Source: Actinomycetota bacterium (GTDB lineage: Bacteria > Actinomycetota > Actinomycetes > S36-B12). From it: a stretch of 64,000 nucleotides of DNA. Each line of letters starts with the position of its first letter. The stretch's first letter is position 1. The notes below the pieces were generated by a model, which had not been told where the DNA came from, searched no databases, and was given only the letters and a program-made list of their open reading frames with translations. The position numbers and the translations under genes are program-made. This document shows, in pieces, positions 9,230 through 18,606 of this stretch. The stretch covers positions 21,037-85,036 of the forward strand of contig JADKGE010000003.1 in assembly GCA_016717115.1 (NCBI GenBank), read 5' to 3'.

Positions 9230-10224
9230 GCCCGCTCCAGCCCGGTGGCGGGAGTGTCCTGCGCGTCGATCAGGTGCCTGATCTCACCGTCCACGGCGAC
9301 GCTGATCACTCCCGTCTGGTCGATCACGCCCACCTTCGCTGCCGAGAGACCGGCGTCGACGAAGACGGAGATGCACTCCTGTGTCGTCTCCGGATCGCAC
9401 GTCAGCAGGAAGCCGAAGCAGGGGAAGCAGTTGAACCACTGGCCGAGGGGTACGTCGCGGGGGGTCGGGACGGCGTCCACGTCGATGATCACCCCGAACG
9501 ATCCCCACTCGAGCAGCATCGCGAGCGAGCCGACGAGGCCGGCCATGCTGATGTCCTTGGCTCCCCGGGCCAGTCCGCGGCTGGCGATCGCGGAGAACAG
9601 GCGCACGTCGTCCCCGAGTCGATCACCCCGCTCGTCGAAGGACGCGAAGAACGGGAAGTCCGAGCGCATGCGGCCATCGGTGCACGCTACGACGACGAGG
9701 TCCTGGCCGCTCGCGACATTCGTGGACGACAGCACGGTGTCTGCGTGACCCACGGCGAAGGCCGAGAGAGACGCCGGACCGTCGGTGATGGTGAGGTGAC
9801 CGCCGACGATGGGAACACGGTAGAGGGCGGATGCGTACCGCATGCCCTCCAGCACACTGCGCGCTGTCTGCCGCGAGGCGACCACGGTGTCGACGATGGC
9901 CAGGGGAAGGCCGCCCATGGCAGCAACGTCGTTGACGTTCGCGAGGACCGCCGCGATCCCCGCTCCGTAGGGATCGGCCGCCACGAACGGCGGCCAGATG
10001 GCCTCTCCGCAGGCGATCACGCTGGCACCAGCCACGGACACCACTGCGCCGTCGTCGCCGGGACCCTCGACCCAGCCCGACTCTCCGAGCACGTCACTGA
10101 CGAGCCGGATGTCGCGTTTCGCGGCGATCGACGGGTTGGAGAGCACCGCCTGGGCTATCTCGTCGAGAAGCTGCGCTGCAGAGTGCTGACCGCCCACGAC
10201 GCTCCGTTCCAGGGTGTCGGCCAC
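9220..10224 (-). CDS. AIR-synthase-related (PurM-like) protein, sll0787 type
   Basis: 334 aa. GPGDDGAVV, ANVNDVAAMGG, VPIVGGHLT, AKDISMAGLVGSL are PurM-superfamily patterns. Convergent 10-nt overlap with the glycosyltransferase. Confidence 0.7.
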   Translation of the reverse strand: MADTLERSVVGGQHSAAQLLDEIAQAVLSNPSIAAKRDIRLVSDVLGESGWVEGPGDDGAVVSVAGASVIACGEAIWPPFVAADPYGAGIAAVLANVNDVAAMGGLPLAIVDTVVASRQTARSVLEGMRYASALYRVPIVGGHLTITDGPASLSAFAVGHADTVLSSTNVASGQDLVVVACTDGRMRSDFPFFASFDERGDRLGDDVRLFSAIASRGLARGAKDISMAGLVGSLAMLLEWGSFGVIIDVDAVPTPRDVPLGQWFNCFPCFGFLLTCDPETTQECISVFVDAGLSAAKVGVIDQTGVISVAVDGEIRHLIDAQDTPATGLERAQD

Positions 10225-10292
10225 GACGAAGGCGACCGACGAAGTTCTTTCCTATAGTGAATCTTCTCCTAGGATAGTCTAGGATCCTGCGC

Positions 10293-11072
10293 GTGAAGCC
10301 GGATTTCCTGAGACTCCCCGAGGTGCCCGCCAAGCCTCGCACCGTGGGCGTCACGCACATGCTGGACAAGGGAATCCCGCTCAACACCACCGCCGCGATC
10401 CTGCGTTCCTACGCCGATCACATGGACTTCTGGAAGTTCGGCTGGGGCACCGCCTATGTGGAGAGCCAGCTGGCCGACAAGCTCGCCGTCCTGCACGAGC
10501 ACGACGTGGTCGCCTGTCTCGGTGGCACGCTCATGGAGATCGCGTGGGCGCAGAACGCGGTGGACGAATGCCTGGCCTGGGCTCGCCGTGTCGGGTTCCG
10601 CGCGGTCGAGGTGTCGCGGGGCAGCGTGCCGATGCCCCTGTCTGCCAAGGCGATGATCATCCGGCAGGCAGCACCGCACTTCACCGTGCTCGCCGAGACC
10701 GGATACAAGAGCGCCGAGCGGCTCATGTCTCTCGATGAGTGGTCGGCGGAGATCGTCGAGGACCTCGACAGCGGCGCCGAGTACATCGTCACGGAGGGCC
10801 GCGAGAGCGGCACGGTCGGCGTCTACGACCATGACGGCGAGCCCAAGCCCGAGGTCGTTCGCGCCGTGATCGAGGCCGCTGGTCTGGAACGCGCACTCTT
10901 CGAGGCCCCCCGCAAGAGCCAGCAGGCCTGGTTCATCAACGAGTTCGGACCCGACGTCAATCTCGGCAACATCCCGCCCGACGACGCGCTGGCCCTGCAC
11001 ACCCTGCGGCTGGGCCTTCGCGCGGACACGATCAGCATCACCACCACGACCGTCGAGTCAGTTCGACTGTAG
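10293..11072 (+). CDS. phosphosulfolactate synthase (ComA) family protein
   Basis: LRLPEVPAKPRTVGVTHMLDKG...DFWKFGWGTAYV...VEVSRGSV...YIVTEGRESGTVGVYD matches the ComA family pattern. GTG start. Confidence 0.7.
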   Translation: MKPDFLRLPEVPAKPRTVGVTHMLDKGIPLNTTAAILRSYADHMDFWKFGWGTAYVESQLADKLAVLHEHDVVACLGGTLMEIAWAQNAVDECLAWARRVGFRAVEVSRGSVPMPLSAKAMIIRQAAPHFTVLAETGYKSAERLMSLDEWSAEIVEDLDSGAEYIVTEGRESGTVGVYDHDGEPKPEVVRAVIEAAGLERALFEAPRKSQQAWFINEFGPDVNLGNIPPDDALALHTLRLGLRADTISITTTTVESVRL

Positions 11073-11118
11073 GTGTGGGCACCTTGGCCCCGCTCGGGAT
11101 CCTCGTCGTGGAACTGCC

Positions 11119-12450
11119 ATGACTGTGCGTCTCACCGAGTCCGCGATGTACCGGCACGCCTGGACCACTCCGTCGCTCGACGCGATCCTCGCGGAGGACG
11201 CACGACTGCGCACCTGGCTGCGCATCCTCGCTGTGCTGGCCGACTGCCAGGCACGGCTGGGGATCATCCCCGGGGCCGCGGCGACGGCGATCGCCGAGGA
11301 TGCCCAGGCGGATCGACTCGATCTCGAGGCGATCGCTGCGCGAACCCGGGAGTCGTCGCACAGCGTGCTGGGCCTGATCGAGGGGTTGCAGGCGACGCTC
11401 CCCGACCAGGCGCGGGAGTACGTGTACTACGGCATCACGGTCCAGGACCTCACGGACACCTGGTTCGGCCTGGTCATGCGCGACGTGACCGCAATCCTGC
11501 GAGCTGACCTCGTGCGCATCGAGACTGCCTGCCTGCGACTGGCCCACGAGCACCGCGCCACGGTCATGGCGGGACGTACGCACGGACAGGTCGGATCGCC
11601 CATCACCTTCGGCCTCAAGGCCGCGACGTGGGCCGACGAGACGGCGCGCAACATCGAACGGCTCGACGAGGGCGTGCGTCGCTGGGCGGTCGTGCAGCTG
11701 GCCGGGTCGACGGGGGGCCTGGCGTTCTTCGGCGAGCAGGGTGCCGAACTGAGGGCGCTGTTCAGCGGGGCCCTCGGCCTCGGCGACCCGGGCGTCTCCT
11801 GGACGTCGACGCGCGACCGCACCGCGGAGTTCGGCGCCACCCTGAGCCTGGTGACCGGGGCGCTGGCGCGCATCGGGAACGAGATCTACGAGCTCCAACG
11901 GCCGGAGATCGCCGAGCTCAGCGAACCCTTCAACAGTGCGGTCGTGGGCAGCATCACGATGCCGCACAAGCGCAACCCCGAGTACTGCGAGCACCTGGAC
12001 ACCCTGGCCCGGGTCGCGCGTGCAGCGGCCGGGGGCCTGCTGGAGGGAACGGCCGCGAGCCACGAGAGGGACGGCCGCGCCTGGAAGGCGGAGTGGGCCT
12101 TCCTGCCCGACGTGGCGTTGGCCGCCGGCACGTCGGCATCGCTCGGCGCCGAACTCCTCGAGGGTCTCGTGGTCCACCCGGAGGCCATGCTGCGCAACCT
12201 GGGCGACGACGGTTCATGGGCCTCGGAGCAGGTCCTCGTCCAGCTGTCGCGGCGGCTGGGCAAGCATCGTGCCCAGGCGCTGCTGCAGTCGGCCTTCGCG
12301 TCCGACGGGTCCGACGTGGCCACGACCATCGCGGTCGCCGCCGGAGTCGACGTCGCCGACGTGCAAGCCTGGATGGATGTCCCGAACACGACGACGGCGA
12401 CCGCCATGGTCGACGGCGTGGTCGCCCGGCTGGGCGGGCCATCCCGGTGA
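11119..12450 (+). CDS. fumarate-lyase superfamily enzyme (adenylosuccinate lyase / 3-carboxymuconate cycloisomerase-like)
   Basis: 443 aa. Signature loop GSITMPHKRNPEYCEH. RTHGQVGSPITFG. Confidence 0.75.
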   Translation: MTVRLTESAMYRHAWTTPSLDAILAEDARLRTWLRILAVLADCQARLGIIPGAAATAIAEDAQADRLDLEAIAARTRESSHSVLGLIEGLQATLPDQAREYVYYGITVQDLTDTWFGLVMRDVTAILRADLVRIETACLRLAHEHRATVMAGRTHGQVGSPITFGLKAATWADETARNIERLDEGVRRWAVVQLAGSTGGLAFFGEQGAELRALFSGALGLGDPGVSWTSTRDRTAEFGATLSLVTGALARIGNEIYELQRPEIAELSEPFNSAVVGSITMPHKRNPEYCEHLDTLARVARAAAGGLLEGTAASHERDGRAWKAEWAFLPDVALAAGTSASLGAELLEGLVVHPEAMLRNLGDDGSWASEQVLVQLSRRLGKHRAQALLQSAFASDGSDVATTIAVAAGVDVADVQAWMDVPNTTTATAMVDGVVARLGGPSR

Positions 12451-13409
12451 ACCCGACTGCCGCCTTCTCGCGCTACTCGCTGGGGCAGTTCCCCACCCCG
12501 CTGCATCGCCTGCACCGTCTGGAGCAGGCGCTCGGTGGCGGTCACCTGATGGTCAAGCGCGACGACCTCGCCGGCTTCGCCGTGGCCGGCAACAAGACTC
12601 GGCCGCTGGAGTTCCTCATCGGTGATGCCCTGACGTGCGGTGCCGAGGTCGTCGTCAGCGGAGGCGCACCCAAGTCCAACTTCGCTTCCGCGCTGGCGGC
12701 CGCGACTCGATCGGCGGGGCTCGAGTGCGAGCTGATGGTCCCGGGGGGCAAGCTCGACGACCCCCCGGTGCCCTTGGCCATGGCCATCGCGAGCGGCGCC
12801 ACCTTGCGCTTCACGGGCGGTGATCGGGAGGAGCTCGACACGGCGATCGACGAACGAGTCCGGGAGCTGGCTGCCGCGGGCCGACGCGCGTACGCCGTGC
12901 CCCGAGGCGGAGCCTGCGCTGTCGGAGCACTGGGCTTCGCCAATGCCGCCTGCGAGCTCGCAGAGCAGGGGGTGCCCGACGATGCCGCCATCGTGCTGCC
13001 CGTCGGCTCAGGCGCCTCCGTCGCCGGACTGATCGCCGGGCGAGCGGCCGTCGGGGCGGGATGGTCCGTGGCAGGGGTGTCCGTGAGTCGGCCCATCGAC
13101 GAGATGCACGAGCAGACGTCCTCCATCGCCGCTGCCTGCAGCCGGAGCATGCTCACTGCCGAGCCGCACGATGCACTGCTCGTCGATGCCACTGTCCCGG
13201 GCATGGCCGCCGTGACGGAGGGCGAGCGCGTCGATGCGCTGCTGGCCTTCGACACGGAGGGCCTGCTCTTCGACCCCTCCTACGGGGTGAAGGCGCTCCA
13301 CCACGCGCTGACGATGATCAGGCAGGGTTCGACCGAACCGATCATCCTGTGGCACACGGGCGGCCTGACGTCGGCGATTCCGTTGATCGCACGCGAAGGT
13401 GCGTCATGA
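12447..13409 (+). CDS. PLP-dependent enzyme, ACC deaminase / D-cysteine desulfhydrase / CuyA family
   Basis: GTG 12447 (GTGA overlap with the previous stop), in frame within ORF 11628..13409. FPTPLHRL...VKRDDLAGFAVAGNKTRPLEFL contains the PLP-lysine motif. Confidence 0.75.
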   Translation: MNPTAAFSRYSLGQFPTPLHRLHRLEQALGGGHLMVKRDDLAGFAVAGNKTRPLEFLIGDALTCGAEVVVSGGAPKSNFASALAAATRSAGLECELMVPGGKLDDPPVPLAMAIASGATLRFTGGDREELDTAIDERVRELAAAGRRAYAVPRGGACAVGALGFANAACELAEQGVPDDAAIVLPVGSGASVAGLIAGRAAVGAGWSVAGVSVSRPIDEMHEQTSSIAAACSRSMLTAEPHDALLVDATVPGMAAVTEGERVDALLAFDTEGLLFDPSYGVKALHHALTMIRQGSTEPIILWHTGGLTSAIPLIAREGAS

Positions 13410-14884
13410 CCATCGACGGCGCCGACGAGCTGGCACGGGCCGGCTACGCGTGGGAGATCGCCGACGCGCCGCTGCTGCACGAGCCGCTGACTCTCGCGGA
13501 CCTCGCCCACGTGCTCGAGCTGGTCCGCATCAAGGCGATCCCGCCCGCGTCGGCTCGCGCGCTGGCAGGTGAGCTCCTTGCCATGCTCGCCGCCCCGCCC
13601 GAGTCCGTCGACTACTCGCCGGCCTTCGGGGAGATGTACTCCTCGCGCGAGCACCACCTCGCGAACCGGATAGGGGACGATGCGGGCTGGCTGCACTCGG
13701 GCAGGACCAGGCGCGAGGCGATGCGGATCGCCTATCGGATCCTGGTGCGGCGTCATGTCGTCGACCTGGTCGGCGGGGCCGCGGGGCTCGCCGAGGCGCT
13801 GTGCGACCAGGCCGCCGAGGACCTCGACAGCGTGATGCCCGACTACACCTACCTGCAGCCGGCCGAGCCGACCACGTTCGGCCACTACCTCGCGTCGTTC
13901 GTCGATCCGGTGCTCCGCGACGGAGGGCGGCTCGAGCGGGAGTTCGCCGACGTCAATGCCAGTCCCATGGGCTCCGGCGCAGCGAGCGGGTCCGCCCTCC
14001 TGCGTGAGCGCACCGTGGCCGGCAACGACCTCGGCTTCGACGGCGCCATCGACCACGTCCGCGATGCCATGTGGCAGAGCGACCCGTTCACCCACGTGCT
14101 CCTCGCCGCCACCACGCTTGTCCTCGGTCAGGACAAGCTGGCAGAGGACCTCGAGGTCTTCGCCAGTCGCGAGTTCGACTTCGTCCAGCTCGGTGACGGA
14201 CTGGTGCGTCCGAGCGTGCTGATGCCGCAGAAGCGCAACCCGTACGCGCTCACCGTCATCCGGGGGATGTCGGGAATCCTCATCGGGCGCGCGACCGGGC
14301 AGCTGGCCGTGTCCAAGTCGCCGTCCGCACGGAGCGATCTGTACATCTACGCGTATGGCGAGGTGCCCCGCGCGCTCGATCTGGCGACGCGCACGACGGA
14401 GCTGTCGACAGCAGTCGTGCGCACGCTGCGGGTCAGCGCCTCGCGCATGAGCGCGGCGCTGGTCGGCCGCCACACCGGTGCCGCCGAGACGGCCGCCTAC
14501 CTGGTGCGCGAGTTCGGAGTCGACTACCGCACGGCTCACTCGATCGTCTCGCAGGCGGTGCGTGCGGCCGGAGCGGACGCGCGAGAGGTCACGGCTGCCG
14601 ACATCGCGACGGCGGCGCGGACCGCGGGCATCGCGCCCGTCGTCGTCACGGACGACCGGCTGCGTGCGCTGGCCGACCCGCGAGGCGTGGTCGCATCGCA
14701 CGACGGACTGGGCGGCTCGGCGGCGGAGTCGATGACGGCGTTCATCGCGGAGCGGCGAATGCGCGCCGAGGAGCTGGCCACATGGGCGCAGGGCACGAGA
14801 CGCCGCCTCGACGACGGTGAGGCGAGCGTGGTCCGACGGGCACGGGAACTAGTGGGCGAGTACGACGACAAGGAGATCTCATGA
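13406..14884 (+). CDS. fumarate-lyase superfamily enzyme (argininosuccinate lyase-like)
   Basis: ATG 13406 (ATGA overlap), in frame within ORF 13061..14884. YLQPAEPTTFGHY, signature SVLMPQKRNPYAL. Confidence 0.75.
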   Translation: MTIDGADELARAGYAWEIADAPLLHEPLTLADLAHVLELVRIKAIPPASARALAGELLAMLAAPPESVDYSPAFGEMYSSREHHLANRIGDDAGWLHSGRTRREAMRIAYRILVRRHVVDLVGGAAGLAEALCDQAAEDLDSVMPDYTYLQPAEPTTFGHYLASFVDPVLRDGGRLEREFADVNASPMGSGAASGSALLRERTVAGNDLGFDGAIDHVRDAMWQSDPFTHVLLAATTLVLGQDKLAEDLEVFASREFDFVQLGDGLVRPSVLMPQKRNPYALTVIRGMSGILIGRATGQLAVSKSPSARSDLYIYAYGEVPRALDLATRTTELSTAVVRTLRVSASRMSAALVGRHTGAAETAAYLVREFGVDYRTAHSIVSQAVRAAGADAREVTAADIATAARTAGIAPVVVTDDRLRALADPRGVVASHDGLGGSAAESMTAFIAERRMRAEELATWAQGTRRRLDDGEASVVRRARELVGEYDDKEIS

Positions 14885-16296
14885 GTCCAGTACGGGAACT
14901 GCCGAGCGAGGCGCACGTGATCAACCTCGGCCTCCCGGACTTCGCCGCCGCCGTCGCCGCGCAGGGGGCGGAGGCCATCCAGGTCGACTGGAGCCTTCCG
15001 GCCGGCGGAGATCCCACCAGCGTCGCGGCCCTCACTGCGCTGTACGGCGTGCGGTCGATCTCCATCGACGACGCCAACGCCGAGATCGTGCGTCGCCTCG
15101 ACAAGGGCACGCCGTTCCTCACCGGCGTGGCTCCGGCCGGGGAGGTCGTTCCGGGCCTGGGCGACCGCATGCTGCTGCATGCCGGTCCGCCCATCGCCTA
15201 CGAGCAGGTGTGCGATCCGATGCGCCGGTCGATGCGCGCCGCCGTCGTGGCGGAGGGGTGGGCCGCAGACCTCGGTGCCGCCGAGGAGCTGCTCGCCCGA
15301 GGGGACATCGCGCTCGACGCCGCCAACGACCATGCGACGGTCGTTCCCATGGTGACGGCGCTGGGCCCGACCACACCGGTCTGGATCGCGGACAACGCCG
15401 ATGCCGGCACGCGCGGCTTCGCGCCGGTCAACCAGGGCCCCGGTGACGTGGCGTGGTTCGGTCGCGAGAGCCAGGGGGCGATCGACCGACTGGTGTTCCT
15501 GCGCGACGTGGTCCAGCCGAGATTCGCCCGGATCCTGGACGAGGTGGGTCCGATCGACATCATGTCGCTGGCGAGCCAGGGCGTGCAGATGGGCGACGAC
15601 GTGCACATCCGGACCCAGGCAACGACGAACCTGTTGATCCGCAACGTCCTTCCCGCGATCTCCCGGCTCGGAAAGGACCCGGAGTCGGTGGCGATGTCCG
15701 AGTTCCTGGCCACGTCGCACCTGTTCTTCCTCACCATCGCGATGGCCGGCGCGAAGTCGCTGACGCTCGCGGCCGAGCAGGTCGCGGGAGGAACCGTCGT
15801 CACCACGATGGCCCGCAACGGCACCACGTTCGGTGTGAAGCTCGCCGGCTCTGCGACCTGGCACGTGTGCGACGCGCCGCCCGTCGGCGATGCCCTCTAC
15901 TACTCGGGCTACAGCGAGTCGGACGCGGCGAAGGATGTCGGCGACAGCGCCGTCCTCGAGCTGGTCGGCCTCGGTGGCGCTGCCGCGGCCGCCTCGCCGG
16001 CGGTGGCGGGGTTCCTCGGCGGCTCGATGGACGACGCGGTCCGTGCGACCAGCGAGATGATCACCATCTGCCTGTCCGAGAGCACCCGGTTCAAGCTGCC
16101 CATCCTCGGCTTCCGGGGAAGCCCGCTCGGAGTGGATGTCCGACGAGTCGTCGAGACCGGGGTGCGACCGAAGGTGACCACCGGCGTCCTGCACGTCAGC
16201 TCAGGTGTCGGCCAGATCGGCGCCGGGGTCGCGACCGCACCGCTCGAGGGGTTCCGTGAGGCGCTCCTCCTGCTCGCGGCCGGTCCTCGGGACTGA
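14881..16296 (+). CDS. DUF1116 (YlbE-like) protein
   Basis: 471 aa with ATGA overlap to the previous gene. NDHATVVPMVTALGP...MARNGTTFGVKL...ELVGLGGAAAAASPAV is the pattern I associate with YlbE/DUF1116. Confidence 0.65.
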   Translation: MSPVRELPSEAHVINLGLPDFAAAVAAQGAEAIQVDWSLPAGGDPTSVAALTALYGVRSISIDDANAEIVRRLDKGTPFLTGVAPAGEVVPGLGDRMLLHAGPPIAYEQVCDPMRRSMRAAVVAEGWAADLGAAEELLARGDIALDAANDHATVVPMVTALGPTTPVWIADNADAGTRGFAPVNQGPGDVAWFGRESQGAIDRLVFLRDVVQPRFARILDEVGPIDIMSLASQGVQMGDDVHIRTQATTNLLIRNVLPAISRLGKDPESVAMSEFLATSHLFFLTIAMAGAKSLTLAAEQVAGGTVVTTMARNGTTFGVKLAGSATWHVCDAPPVGDALYYSGYSESDAAKDVGDSAVLELVGLGGAAAAASPAVAGFLGGSMDDAVRATSEMITICLSESTRFKLPILGFRGSPLGVDVRRVVETGVRPKVTTGVLHVSSGVGQIGAGVATAPLEGFREALLLLAAGPRD

Positions 16297-16301
16297 CCTC
16301 G

Positions 16302-17132
16302 ATGCCGACCCCCGGTCGCGTGCTCGGCATCGGCGATGTCGCCTTGCGCGCGCTGGCATCGGGTCGCGAGGGCGAGGTCGTGGCGGTGTTCTCACGTGCC
16401 GCATACCTGGACCTCGCCGGAGACATCGCCGTGCTCGTCCTCGGGGACGTCCCGAACGGACCCCTTCATGTGCGACTCGACCGACTGCCGCGACTTCGAC
16501 GCGGCGCCCGGGTCCGTTGCCGCTCAGGCGTGGTCGCGATCGAGGAGCACAGATGGCTCACTCCGTCGGCGGCGTGGCGGCCCGAGCCTCCTGTTGACGT
16601 CGTGTCGGCCGAGCCGATCGTCAGCGCCGTCGTCCGTCATCGACCCGTGCTCGACATGGGGACCGGCAGCGTGGTCGACATCGACGGCTGGCTGGTGCCG
16701 TTGCTGGCTCATGGCGACGTCGCGGGAGCCTGCGCACGCCTCTTCGGGCGAGGGGCGGGCCTGACTCCTGCGGGCGACGACGTGGCCGCCGGCATCCTGC
16801 TCGTCGAGTGCCTGTCGGGCTCCGCTGATCGAACGAGCCTGGGTCTCCTCGCGACCCGTGCGCCGACGCACGCGATCTCCCGTGCCTTCCTGCGAGCTGC
16901 GGCCGAGGGCCAGTGCATCGAGCCCGTCCACACGCTGCTGCGGGCAGCCAGTGCCGGCGACGAGGGCGTGGCCACCGACGCGGTGGAGCAGCTCAGCCGC
17001 GTCGGTCACACGTCGGGATTGGACCTCGCGGCCGGAGTCCGTGCCGCGCTGGTCGCCTTGGCCGCGCGGGCCGATTCCGCCGACCGCACCCCGCGCGACA
17101 CGATCAGCATCCACGCCCACAAGGTGCCGTAG
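16302..17132 (+). CDS. DUF2877 (YlbF-like) protein
   Basis: 276 aa. GRGAGLTPAGDDVAAGILL and VGHTSGLDL motifs. The last 127 nt overlap the convergent NiCoT gene. Confidence 0.65.
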   Translation: MPTPGRVLGIGDVALRALASGREGEVVAVFSRAAYLDLAGDIAVLVLGDVPNGPLHVRLDRLPRLRRGARVRCRSGVVAIEEHRWLTPSAAWRPEPPVDVVSAEPIVSAVVRHRPVLDMGTGSVVDIDGWLVPLLAHGDVAGACARLFGRGAGLTPAGDDVAAGILLVECLSGSADRTSLGLLATRAPTHAISRAFLRAAAEGQCIEPVHTLLRAASAGDEGVATDAVEQLSRVGHTSGLDLAAGVRAALVALAARADSADRTPRDTISIHAHKVP

Positions 17133-18088
17133 GCGACCACGATCACGTAGCCGACGAGCTCGAAGTGCTGGCTCACCTCGGCCAGCGGCGCGAGGAACGC
17201 GATCCCGAACTGGCTGACGAGGAGCCCCGCCGCGTAGATGAGGCCCACCGTGATGGCGATGCATGCGGTCAGCAGCGTCATCACCATGTTGAACGTGAGG
17301 CGTCGTCGGGGCTGCGTTCGATTGGAACCGTAGACGCTGATCATCAGCAGTGAGTTGAGGGTGTCGAACAGGGTCATGCCCGCGGCGAAGAGGATCGGCA
17401 GGGCAAGCAAGGACATCAGGGGCATCGTCCCCGAGACGGCCGCAGTGGCCGACAGGCCGAGCAGGGCGATCTCCGATGCCGTCTCCAGTCCGAGCCCGAA
17501 GACGAAGCCGATGGGGAACATCCGCCAGCTCGCCGTCACCGACGACTGCAGCCGGCTGCCGAAGAGTCGGCTGAGCACGCTCCTGGCATTGAGGATCTCG
17601 TCGATCTGCTCGTTGCTCAGGTCGACGCCGCGGTGGGCCTGCCGGGCCGTCCAGACGCGACGGAGCACGCGCAGGTTGAGGACGCCGACGAAGAGGAGGA
17701 AGGATGCTGCGACGAGTGCCGAGAAGGTGCCGCCGATCCCGCGCACCGCAGGGATGACGGTCTCGCTCGCGGAGGCGCTGGCCACGGCCACGACCACGAA
17801 GAGGACGAACACGACGCTCGAGTGGCCGAGGGCGAAGAACAGGCCGAGTCCGGTCGGACGCTGACCCTGGCGAACGAGCAGCCGAGTGCAGTCGTCGATC
17901 GTGGCGAGGTGGTCGGCGTCGAACGCATGACGCACGCCGAGAACGTAGGCCAGGGTGCCTGCCCCGACGTAGGCGGCCGTCGCACTCCCGGCGCTGGCCG
18001 AGTACGCGTACAGACCCCAGCCCGCGAGGTTCAGCGCGATGACGACCGCGATGACCAGGCGGATCTGCCGGCGGCCCTGGGTTCTCAT
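17006..18088 (-). CDS. NiCoT (HoxN/HupN/NixA) nickel/cobalt permease
   Basis: Signature RHAFDADHLATIDD and FFALGHSSVV. Multiple TM segments. ATG 18088 preceded by GAGGAG (the ORF track start 18157 is less likely). Confidence 0.85.
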   Translation of the reverse strand: MRTQGRRQIRLVIAVVIALNLAGWGLYAYSASAGSATAAYVGAGTLAYVLGVRHAFDADHLATIDDCTRLLVRQGQRPTGLGLFFALGHSSVVFVLFVVVAVASASASETVIPAVRGIGGTFSALVAASFLLFVGVLNLRVLRRVWTARQAHRGVDLSNEQIDEILNARSVLSRLFGSRLQSSVTASWRMFPIGFVFGLGLETASEIALLGLSATAAVSGTMPLMSLLALPILFAAGMTLFDTLNSLLMISVYGSNRTQPRRRLTFNMVMTLLTACIAITVGLIYAAGLLVSQFGIAFLAPLAEVSQHFELVGYVIVVAYGTLWAWMLIVSRGVRSAESARAAKATSAARTPAARSNPDV

Positions 18089-18162
18089 CCCGATCTCCTC
18101 TGCCGGCAATGACCTGAACGCACTCGCGAGGGCTGTCATAGTAAGGCACACGCTCATTCACT

Positions 18163-18606
18163 ATGGGTGATTCGCAGACTCCGATGACGGGCTGGAGGGA
18201 CGACGTGGCCGACGACAGGACCGTGAGCGCGCGGTGGCTCGGTGGGTACCAGGTCGACGTCGTCACGGGAGACTTCACGGTCCGCGTCGACGAACCCGAG
18301 CGCGTCGGTGGCACAGACACCGGCCCGCAGCCGACCGACCTGCTGCTCGCGTCGGTCGCCTCGTGCTTCGTGCTCTCGCTGGCCTGGGCTGCCAAGAAGC
18401 GCGAGATGGAGGTGCCTGCCATCTCCGTCGAGGTGACCGGGACCTACGAGGGCCCGCGCTTCTCCTCGATGGTGATCGCGGTGTCGATGCCGGTGCCCGA
18501 CGACGTGGCAGAGCGACTGATCCAGTCAGCCGAGCGGGTCTGCTACGTGACGAACACGCTCAAGCGCGCGCCGGACATCACGGTGCGGCGCGTCGACGCG
18601 ATCTAG
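18163..18606 (+). CDS. OsmC/Ohr family protein
   Basis: 147 aa. GTDTGPQPTDLLLASVASCFVLSL...AERVCYVTNTL, with the two conserved Cys regions of OsmC. Confidence 0.75.
   Translation: MGDSQTPMTGWRDDVADDRTVSARWLGGYQVDVVTGDFTVRVDEPERVGGTDTGPQPTDLLLASVASCFVLSLAWAAKKREMEVPAISVEVTGTYEGPRFSSMVIAVSMPVPDDVAERLIQSAERVCYVTNTLKRAPDITVRRVDAI

Noticed and set aside
18089-18162. Possible cobalt/nickel or B12 riboswitch in front of the NiCoT permease gene.
   Set aside because: The leader is only about 70 nt, too short for the known metal or cobalamin riboswitch architectures. I see no conserved riboswitch core, and the region is instead occupied by the ATAGTGAA-type sites.
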